DNA from: Paraspadella gotoi
Taxonomy: Eukaryota > Animalia > Chaetognatha
Length of the DNA stretch: 64,000 nucleotides
Assembly (NCBI GenBank): GCA_051294375.1
Contig: CM119271.1
Coordinates: 3,744,610 to 3,808,609, forward strand
Direction of reading: 5' to 3'
The notes under the pieces: generated by a model
Database searches by the model: none
Told to the model about the DNA's origin: nothing
The model's input: the letters and a program-made list of their open reading frames with translations, nothing else
Program-made: the position numbers and the translations under genes
Shown here: positions 56,578 through 64,000 of the stretch, in pieces
Numbering within the stretch: position 1 is the first letter of the stretch
How the letters are laid out: every line of letters starts with the position of its first letter

Positions 56578-57628
56578 TTGGCGTTGTTTACCTTGCAGGG
56601 GATTCGCGAAGAATTTCCAGGCAAAGATTTATTAGACAAAGATTTATCGCGCAGGAACTTGATCAGCCTGGGGATTTGCCGTGATTTTTTTTTTTTTAGC
56701 CGGGGAAGCAATAGTGAACGGCGTTCGTTCGGCGACATATGCGTTGCTAATGTATAATTACGTAGTCCGACAATAACAATGACGCAAGCAACGGTCCCTG
56801 AAATTCTAATTTCTTCCACGTCTTTTTGAGCTATATTCGCTGCAGCTGCCGCCGCCGCCGACGTCGCTGCCGCGGATGCCGCCGCTGCCGCCGCTGCCGC
56901 CGCTGCCGCCGACTCCACCGACGGCGCCATCAACAATGAAGTCGCAACCAAAGCGGCCGTCAAAATCCGGCGTTAATAACCGTAACGACGCCGGCGGAAA
57001 TGACGTAAACAACAACAAGGACGACGACGACGACAGCGACGACGACGTCGAAGTCAGAACGACATAGCGCTGACGTTGACTCTCTCTCACCCATACGCGA
57101 TGAAGTCTACTCTTAAAGATTATGCAAATTTCAGTCTTCACGAGGCGGTTAAATTTTACTTTCCCCGATTTCAAACTCCCTGAAAATCACAAAAATTCTA
57201 CGGATCTATATAGTTTTATGGAGTCGAAGTTTATGGATTTTGGGGAAACCGAGTGTTGAAATTCTGTCGCGCGAGGATTCGTTCTAATTCTCTATTCAGT
57301 CTTGGCTTGGGTCTGTCATCCGACTTATGATTTAAATAAATGATTTTTATTTTTGTGAATTGCGAAAATTTTATTGCGATACAAATCCATTTAAATTAAT
57401 TAGTTTTTATTATGTAGGATTTAAAGTAGAGTTCAAACGATGAAACACAAGGTGAATAGTTAACATAGTTTAAATTTACCTTCGCCCCAACAACAGCCCA
57501 TACGGCTCACCTTTTGGCACGGCCCCGAGCCCCGCGTCGATGCAGGCCACCCGCATTCTCGCTACAGTCCGTGTGTTCATGTTGATGCCTTCGTCGCAGG
57601 CGCAACCTGATGGACAGGCTTCCGAAGC
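42056..57628 (-). CDS. Multi-exon type-I transmembrane leucine-rich-repeat protein (LRRNT, ~8 LRR, LRRCT, TM, ~21-aa tail; no TIR domain); signal-peptide exon not located
   Basis: Phase-compatible GT-AG exons: 57628-57511, 55664-55531, 55079-54900, 51505-51385, 46810-46670, 46499-46330, 45861-45799, 44797-44691, then 44125-44062 or 42119-42056. Motifs: CPSGCAC..C (LRRNT), LxxLxLxxN repeats, NPWTCDC..CQSP..DFC (LRRCT), VFMGVVIAAISGTVIMVLVVAYV (TM). Confidence 0.88.
42307..42605. repeat. Dispersed ~300-bp repeat family (also 60942-61215, ~10575-10870, ~22460-22780; fragments at 26530-26645 (-) and 60765-60860)
   Basis: Shared blocks aaattggtacaacca, taagctatcttg, ggtggtttaaggcctccatcac, ggcttccctatcaatgaagt, ccttaagtattagatcgg. 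Confidence 0.75.
43480..43828. mobile_element. MITE with ~54-bp terminal inverted repeats
   Basis: aatttactacaag..tttggaaagctttccccag.ttgttttgcaagcg versus cgcttgcaaaacaagctggggaaagctttccaaa..cttgtagtaaatt; non-coding interior. Confidence 0.75.
44062..44125 (-). CDS. LRR gene alternative last coding exon A
   Basis: ttttcag|(R)MYVTRNGNEREAKEKRRSLQ*. Phase 2 matches the TM exon; AATAAA 3 nt after the stop. Confidence 0.75.
44691..44797 (-). CDS. LRR gene exon: last LRRCT Cys and transmembrane helix
   Basis: ccag|DFCPRAETERVFMGVVIAAISGTVIMVLVVAYVAR-R|gtgatt; phase 0 to 2. Confidence 0.85.
45799..45861 (-). CDS. LRR gene exon: middle of LRRCT
   Basis: ttag|CQSPPLYAEKMIGRGDGFSQQ. The donor G is missing in this copy but intact (GFLEQ|gtctct) in the partial duplicate at 45645-45690. 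Confidence 0.75.
46330..46499 (-). CDS. LRR gene exon: start of LRRCT
   Basis: (V)DFLRQLNSLPSPEYVLQDLPLKSLYRNIHLGENPWTCDCQILPLWSFLKKTNIKIW|gtgagt; tandem CAGTAG acceptor. Confidence 0.9.
46670..46810 (-). CDS. LRR gene exon: LRR7-8 (not in ORF track)
   Basis: ttcag|(G)WLEEINLKNNSLSGSGLGLRPVWSPWRVVPKLNSLNLEQNNLSHIP|gttggt; phase 1 to 1. Confidence 0.85.
50513..50760. repeat. 26-bp minisatellite, about 9.5 units (noisy duplicate at ~49070-49320)
   Basis: Unit CTGAAAG(G/A)AAGACCGGAATTCCTTAC with an exact 26-nt period from 50513 to 50747. Confidence 0.9.
51385..51505 (-). CDS. LRR gene exon: LRR5-6 (not in ORF track)
   Basis: aacag|EINLSHNRLTLVEDQFIQNFRGTLKVIHLNNNQLVAIPKI-G|gtgaat; phase 0 to 1, bridging the flanking exons. 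Confidence 0.88.
51962..52258. mobile_element. Degenerate foldback/MITE
   Basis: Nested inverted blocks: agatatggcttctcaa/ttgagaagctatatct, ttgaatttc/gaaattcaa, actgcaatatg/catattgcagt. Confidence 0.55.
54533..54720. repeat. 22-bp minisatellite, about 8 diverging units
   Basis: Unit approximately TCAATGAATGA(C/T)TATCATC(G/A)CA. Confidence 0.75.
54900..55079 (-). CDS. LRR gene exon: LRR3-4
   Basis: cag|GMLSGESMGRLEILDLTENRISKIEPSAFFNNYRLVYLNLSHNRLTVLRGVMGRGLKQIR|gtgaga; phase 0 to 0. Confidence 0.92.
55531..55664 (-). CDS. LRR gene exon: LRR1-2
   Basis: cag|(G)IPGRVSDLDLTGNSFARVPNKDVAGFQNLRNLSLSRNEIDKLNQ|gtggat; phase 1 to 0. Confidence 0.9.
57511..57628 (-). CDS. LRR gene exon: LRRNT cap
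   Basis: caacag|ASEACPSGCACDEGINMNTRTVARMRVACIDAGLGAVPK-G|gtgagc; phase 0 to 1. Confidence 0.88.
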
Positions 57629-58191
57629 CTGTTGGGTGAAATTGGAAAGTTTTGACTTTTGGAGAAAAAAAAATTTCAGTTTCTTTTTCATTGAGTTGTT
57701 GGTAACGTGGTCTGTGGCCCTCAAAAGATGACGGATAGAGAGCTGGATTATGCATAATCTGTCTAATTAGTATTTGAAGTTACCTGAAATAATTGTAGAT
57801 TGCCCAAGTTGTAAAATGTAATTTTAACCATGATAAAATATTGCGTCTTAATCCCTTGAGATCTAAAAATGGAATGCACTTAATTCTCTGCCTCCTTCCC
57901 GTCTCTCTTCCTTTGTTTATCTAATTCACTAAATGTTTACAAAATAGGAGCCGAGCTCTGAGAATCTACTGGAGATTAAACTTTGAGACTATGAATATTT
58001 AGAGAGACAAAATTTGAAACTAAAAGTTAATTACTAAATGGAGGCTAATTAAAATATTACTGACAGAGTATAGACTTTCGATTTCGTTGTGTTTCGAATT
58101 TCGAGAGGAAAACAATTTATTTGTTATCTCTCTCTCTCTCTCTCCTTCTCTCTAACTTAATGTTAAAAGAGAAAAATTATTGATTGTCACA

Positions 58192-58232
58192 ATGCTGATG
58201 AAGACTCTAACTGTAGAGTCGAAACATGTCCG
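58192..58232 (+). ncRNA. Minimal type-I hammerhead ribozyme, Penelope-like
   Basis: CTGATGA-A-GACTCTA(actg)TAGAGTC-GAAA-CATGTC. Intact core and 7-bp stem II; stem I weak. Confidence 0.7.
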
Positions 58233-59267
58233 AAAAAAATGTTTTAAAAATTCGTTGAAACAAAACAAATAAATTGTTTTCCTCCCTAAAAAGTTTCTTT
58301 TTCTTCTTTTTTTTCTCTTTTCTCTTTTTTTATTTTTCTCATTCTTTCTTTTTTAAAAATTTTATCATTTTATTCCTTTCATAATTTTAGAAGATCACTT
58401 TTAGTTGTTTATAGATAAATAATATAAATATTTACGACTTTGTTAAACAGCGTTAAACAACGCGATAAAACGACAGGTGATTGTGTACAGTTTATGCGTT
58501 CGGCAACAAAAGACATCCACGTTATGTCGCCAAGACAACAAAGGGACCGGAATTGAGGGAAAGGAAAGAAAATATGAAAATAAGGGGAAAATAAAGAAAA
58601 AACTTGGGACAGCAAATGAAAGTCAAGACGAAAAGGAAGAAGAAAGAAAAGAATAAAAGAAGAGAGAAAGAAAGAAAGAAGACATAAAGACAGAAAGGGT
58701 CACCAGAATCGAGCGTGAGTCGCGCCATCTTTTTATGCTTGATTTTTTCTTTCATTTTTTTTTTAGACTCGGCCGCCTTGCATAACGACGCTCCAGAGTG
58801 TTTCAATGTCAAAACTTGACGTTAACGGTAACGGGAGATAGATGTGACGATTACCAGTTCCGCTTTCAATAATACAGACAAAGAGCTAGTTTAAACTCCA
58901 TTGCCTGACAGCATAACCATTAGCCTATTCAGAGTTGAGTAGAAAAGATTTTCCTTTCGACTCTTCGTGAGATGAATTATTTCGAGAAGTTATTCAGACA
59001 ACAATGCTGCGGTTGCCGCGCCTTTGGAGCGCCGCGCCTTTTAAGTTTAATGGGATTTTGATTCATAGCATCAAAGGTAAATTCTATATCCATTCCGAGA
59101 TATTTTTTCCTGTTTTTTTTTTCAAAAGCACAAACCTTTGGAAGTTGCAATGGGAATTATTAACTCCAAAAAAGTATTGTCCGGCGCGAAAAAATATCGA
59201 ACATGATAAGAACACTTCTTTTTTCGTATGGATATCTATTTTTTAAAAAAAAAATCATATTTCGCTT

Positions 59268-59360
<93 letters not shown>

Positions 59361-60424
59361 GATATCGACCAATTCTCACCGGACTGTCACATTTGTCATC
59401 TCGATTCGGTGATGATCCCTATCACCATCGTCGTTGACGTCGAGGTGACCAAATTAGTATTACTTTTTGAAAATCACCGCAAATCTTAGTCTTTTATCAG
59501 TCCTTTTTTTCAATTCGTTGTGATCATTCACCGCGAGACACAATAACCGCGAATACCTCATCGTCGTCGTTATCGTCGCCGTCATTGAAAACCGATTGAG
59601 ATCAATCGACGCGATCGTCATCATCATCATCGTCATCCACCGACCTATCGTCTAAAAATAGTTTAATCTTCATCCGCCTCCTTTCGCCGCCTTCGTCGCC
59701 TCCAACGCTGATTGGCGAGCGTTCAACGAAGTCTCTCCCAGCCTTCGTGACTCGCTCTCCCTCAGACAAGATTTTCTCTCCTTCTCCTTTTTTTTTATTC
59801 CCGGTTCCGTCTTTCTTCCCCGTCTTGCGTCACAACTGTTTTCTCTGTCTGTCTTTGTCTTTCTCTCTCTTCCTCCCTAACATTCCCCCAACGCGACTCG
59901 CTCTCACACCTTAATCGCTCCCGATGCCACCTGAGCCTTGCACCTGCTATCTCCCAATCCAGAGAGTCTTCTCTAATTTCGCTCGAATAGGTCAGGCCAA
60001 CCTTGTAACACTTATCACTTGGTTTTTTTATCGATTACACTACGTAATATATGAACTATGAACGTATATATGAACAATATCTTCATCATTGTTTCAATCA
60101 AGTACTTCATTTCCAATTCCATTCATTTATTCGCTTCTCCGCTGATTTTCGCCTTTCGCCAAGAAATTGGTAAAACCAATGAAAAAAACTATTAGTAGTT
60201 TATTAGCCAATATTGCTTTCTGACAATGAAATACCATCTTGGACATAAACTTTCGCGATGCATTTGAAATGGAAACAAACGTTTGTGATTTAATCAATAA
60301 AACTTTATTCCCGATTATGATTATGTATAATTTAACATCTTTAATATTGATTTGTATAAATATTTCTCATTTTATTCAGATCACGTGAAATTATAATTGA
60401 TTTTTATAACTGTTTAACCAGTGT

Positions 60425-60450
60425 CGTGGGTTCGAATCCCACCGCTGCCA
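60425..60450 (+). pseudogene. tRNA-Leu 3' fragment (T-arm + acceptor 3' strand), no 5' half
   Basis: CGTGGGTTCGAATCCCACCGCTGCCA matches, from memory, the 3' end of metazoan tRNA-Leu(AAG/TAG). The upstream AT-rich sequence shows no A-box or D-arm. Confidence 0.7.
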
Positions 60451-60544
60451 TCACATTTAAGTAAGTAGACAGAGATTTCAACATGAAACCAAAGTGGAAT
60501 TTATTTAAAATATGAACAAGAGCAAGACGGTGTCAGAAGTTGAG

Positions 60545-60715
60545 ACAGAATGAATCAGTACAAAAATGGTCAGCTATTTATAGTGAACAATCGGATCATC
60601 GACATGGGCTCGGTTTCCCGATGGCATGAAGCCCGTCTTCTCATTGGTTGATTCCCGACGATGATTCATCCAATCGGCGAGTCCTTGGTAGATTTTATCC
60701 GAGTCGCGGATCCCA
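60545..60715 (-). promoter_or_regulatory. Histone-type promoter module without a recognisable CDS (copy 1)
   Basis: Minus strand: ATTGG (60674-70), CCAAT (60647-43), GATCC (60597-93), TATAAATAG (from 60582), cap-like TCATTC (60553-48). Homologous to the module at 62385-62530. Confidence 0.55.
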
Positions 60716-61247
60716 TTCAATTCTTGGTTCTGTTTCCATCTGAAATGCTATCATCAACAAATAGTGGCTTAAGGCCCTCCAACTCACTTACAAGGTAATA
60801 ACGTAGCAGAACTCGGAAAAATTTCAATCAAGCATCTCTAACAATCTAGTTTATTAACTACCAAATTAATTATTCTATCATTCTAATCATTCGCCGTCAC
60901 CAATTCTTTTAAAACTTAAAGTTAAAAAACTAAAAGTTAAATGAAATTGGTACAACCAATAAAAAAATTATCCATCCATTTAATAAATAAGCTATCTTGT
61001 CCCTGACTTTGGTGGTTTAAGGCCTCCATCACACTTGCAAGATAATAACATAGCAGGTTTCTGCAAGCTTTTAATCAAGCCTCTCTCACAGACTTGTTTA
61101 TTCACTCCCAGTGAACCTGGCTTCCCTATCAATGAAGTGGTATAATATTTCAAAGAATGTTTCAATTGTATGAAAAGACCACTCCCTTAAGTATTAGATC
61201 GGGGAATACTATATTACAAATATGACAATCTTTTGTGAAGGATGTTT

Positions 61248-61263
61248 GGCCCTGATAAGGGCC
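61248..61263 (-). terminator. Histone 3' stem-loop with purine-rich downstream element
   Basis: Minus strand reads CCCAAAC-GGCCCT-TATC-AGGGCC-AAACA about 55 nt after the H1 stop, then CACAAAAGA (~61229-61237), a candidate U7-binding HDE. Confidence 0.9.
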
Positions 61264-61317
61264 GTTTGGGTGAGTATTCAGGTTCACAGAGACAGAGTCA
61301 GATTGACTCGGAATGCT

Positions 61318-62016
61318 TCACTTCTTCTTCTTGGCCACAGTCGACTTCTTGGACGCCGTATGCTTGGCGTCCTTATTGGCGGCCGATTGCTTCGACGCCG
61401 GTTTCTTAGCCTTAGGCGTAGCTTTTATCGCCGGCATTTTTTTGGCGGCGACATTTTTCGGCGTCTTCTTAAGGGCTGAGGGGGCGTCTTTTTTCCCAGA
61501 TTTCTTTACCGGGGTTTTCTTTGCCGGCGTCTTCTTGGGCGCCGATTTTTTGGCAGGCGTCTTTTTTGGCGCCTGCTGCTTGGCAGGCGTTTTCTTAGAC
61601 GCCGTCAGCTTGGCCGGCGTCTTTTTACGAGGAACCTCCTTGGGCGTTGGTTGAGCAGCGTTCTTTTTAACTTCTTTCTCAGCGGCGGCGCCAGCTTTCT
61701 TGGCCGGCGCTTTCTTCGACGCCGGCGTCGCCTTCTTGGCCTTAAAGTGGCCAGAATGGCCTTTGGCCGTAACGAAGGTGCCGCCTTCCACTCCGCGTTT
61801 CAAAGCGATGTTGATCTGAGTGTTGGTTGCCTTCGTGTCCTTAACGTTGTAGTTGGAAAGGATGTACTTCTTGATGGCCACCTTGGACGAGCCCTTCCTG
61901 TCGGCCAAGGCCACGATCGCTTCGGCGATCATGCGGCCGAAAGGTGGATGGGTCCCAGATTTTTTGGCGGCCTGAGCCTTCTCGGCTGGAATCGTTTTCT
62001 TGGCGGTAGAGCCCAT
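61318..62016 (-). CDS. H1: Histone H1 (linker histone), intronless, replication-dependent type, 232 aa
   Basis: Globular domain HPPFGRMIAEAIVALADRKGSSKVAIKKYI...ALKRGV...KGHSGHFK, followed by a Lys/Ala/Pro-rich tail with repeated KKTPAK. No intron. 3' stem-loop and H1 promoter elements present. Confidence 0.96.
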   Translation of the reverse strand: MGSTAKKTIPAEKAQAAKKSGTHPPFGRMIAEAIVALADRKGSSKVAIKKYILSNYNVKDTKATNTQINIALKRGVEGGTFVTAKGHSGHFKAKKATPASKKAPAKKAGAAAEKEVKKNAAQPTPKEVPRKKTPAKLTASKKTPAKQQAPKKTPAKKSAPKKTPAKKTPVKKSGKKDAPSALKKTPKNVAAKKMPAIKATPKAKKPASKQSAANKDAKHTASKKSTVAKKKK

Positions 62017-62087
62017 GATTATAATACGAGAGCGTGGACTTTTGTGTGTTGAACTTAGCAGTATGTTTACCCCAGTTTCGGACGAGA

Positions 62088-62180
62088 TTTTATAGCTCGA
62101 TCCTCGTCGGATCGAACCTTAACGAGAGCGCTTCATGTTTTGACCATAAAGGGAGATAAAAATTGACTGAGTTTGTGTTT
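62088..62180 (-). promoter_or_regulatory. H1 promoter: TATA box and H1-box (AC box)
   Basis: TATAAAA at 62094-62088 and AAACACA at 62180-62174 on the minus strand, at the usual spacing for H1 genes. GATCC lies shortly upstream of the TATA. Confidence 0.75.
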
Positions 62181-62384
62181 GTTTGACGACTTTATTTATT
62201 ATAATTTATATTATTATTAAAGTTAAGCTAAATAAAAATTCTGTGACTTTCACCATCAAAATATATTTTTCGTGCTGTGACGAATTAAACGAGAAAAACT
62301 TCTTTGATTAATTTTAAAAAGTAAATAATAAAATAATAATTTTTTGAAACTCCTAATACCATCGCAGGAGTATCAAGCCACAAA

Positions 62385-62530
62385 AGCAAATCGGATCGGA
62401 GACTCGGGCGATCTCCGCGAATCCTGATTGGTCAAGTATGGAACCGGAATCGACCAATCAGCTTGCAGGATCATCGGAACTGTAAATTTTACCCACGTCG
62501 CCGATCCTCTCCCTCAGCTATAAATAGACC
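62385..62530 (+). promoter_or_regulatory. Histone-type promoter module without a recognisable CDS (copy 2)
   Basis: ATTGG (62427), CCAAT (62454), GATCC (62503), TATAAATAG (62519), with the same spacing as copy 1. Confidence 0.55.
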
Positions 62531-63029
62531 AAGTGTGGCGAATCATAAATTCGCCTCCCTTAAAGCTTGATGAAACTCAGCTCGCCTCAGGATACAACTG
62601 AATATGTTACATTGCAAATCACTTTAAATGTATGCATCCTTAATGTTATTACTAATTTTTTTATTATCTGTTAATTTTTTTTATTTATCAATAAATTAAT
62701 CTTCTTTAATAATTTTATTGGTTCTGGGTCTGGTAGTAGCCAAGTAGTTTACATACTTAATGCTGATACTCATATTTCATGCCATCTGGGAAAAGTATTT
62801 TTGGGCTTAAAATATAGTAATAACAAATTGAAAATATAGTTAATAACGAAATTAAAACAATAAAAGAAAATATATTGTTTTATTTATCTTTAAGAATAAA
62901 TATAACCAAAATATTTTGATTCAGAAATTGCCTATCTTAATTAAGAAAAATCATTTCTTTACCAAGGCAATTTCAATAACACTTTGCTAGGTTAATCAGG
63001 CAAAATATTACCTAAGTTTACCCCTTAGT

Positions 63030-63199
63030 CCCATTGGCTTGGACAACTAAGTACTCGTTCACCAACCGTAAGTTACGGGTTCAATTCCCTCATGGTCACG
63101 CTGGTTAAAGTGTGATGGTGTCGGCATAAACACGCCAGTGACATGGAGTGGTCATTGGCGGTCCAAAGCCCTGAGCGCCAGCTGTCGGGAGATACCATT
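63030..63199 (+). mobile_element. Probable tRNA-derived SINE, cut by a gap
   Basis: Degenerate A-box (tggcttgga) and B-box GGTTCAATTCC followed by a GC-richer body. Confidence 0.4.
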
Positions 63200-63857
63200 N
63201 NNNNNNNNNNNNNNNNNNNNNNNNCACCCCAGGATCCCACCATTGCCATACTGGCTTGTTTTTTAGAGTAGCATTGAACAAGACTCCTGCGTGTGTCTTA
63301 CCGTCACCTTTATTTTCAGAATAAGATTTTTTTTTCTTAAGTGATACAAAATAAAATTTAGCAAAATTTTAAAACTAATTACGCCGTATTATCTATCTTT
63401 TCTGGTTTTTAATAGAACTAATTAAGAAAGAGAAATGAGATGTGAAATCAAACTTCGCTAAAAACCGCAACAATAGTCAAGGCGAAAAGTAAGCGATAAA
63501 TTCCGTTAACCAGAAGCCACAAATTTTTCAACGGAAAAAAAAAATTAATAAAGTTTCCCGACACCAAAGTCCCAAGAAAATCTCGAGTCGCTCAGATGCC
63601 AAATTTCACTTTTCGGTTGGAAATTTAAAAAAAAAATAATTCCCGCGACCGAGATTTTCCAGGCGGCGAGGATTGCGCATAAATGCAAATCCGACGCCTT
63701 ATTACTTCGGAGCTAAGATGATTGCATATTGCATATGCATAATGCATAATGTATAGAATGTTATTACTGTTATTCTAACACTATTATTTCATTGTTACTT
63801 CTAAAAATATATCATCACAGGATGTTTTGTTTTAGATGGCGCTAGCTAATTGGCTAA

Positions 63858-63919
<62 letters not shown>

Positions 63920-64000
63920 ACACACTCATTCTTATTCATTTGTGAGGCTTTTGTCCGCCACAGCTGATTGCTCACGCCGAAGATATTGAGTTACAATGTC

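Noticed and set aside
61222-62052. Plus-strand ORFs overlapping H1
   Set aside because: Antisense shadows of the Lys/Ala-rich H1 coding sequence.

Overview
AT-rich invertebrate (metazoan) genomic window from an error-prone, gap-filled long-read assembly. It has seven exactly 25-N gaps, a 10-N gap and an 840-N gap, and several large duplications sit against those gaps and are probably artefacts. Nearly all supplied ORFs are shadows of (GA)n/(CT)n microsatellites or N-runs. Reading splice sites by hand on the minus strand gives five coding items. (1) An intronless histone H1 gene with H1-box, TATA, 3' stem-loop and downstream element. (2) A multi-exon type-I membrane LRR protein (LRRNT, about 8 LRRs, LRRCT, TM, short tail) with two duplicated alternative last exons. 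(3) Two tandem, spliced 80-85 aa genes absent from the ORF track, encoding signal peptide + Gly/Tyr-rich peptide + GPI-like C-terminus. (4) The 3' exons of an acidic low-complexity protein. (5) One unassigned exon. Non-coding highlights: a 26-bp minisatellite whose junctions are CAG|GTAAG splice sites inside an LRR-gene intron, Penelope-type minimal hammerhead ribozymes at three loci, two homologous histone-type promoter modules without a histone CDS pointing outward on either side of H1, a tRNA-Leu 3' fragment, tRNA-derived SINEs, Helentron/DINE-1-like elements and MITEs. All gene models are manual and unverified by alignment or RNA data.
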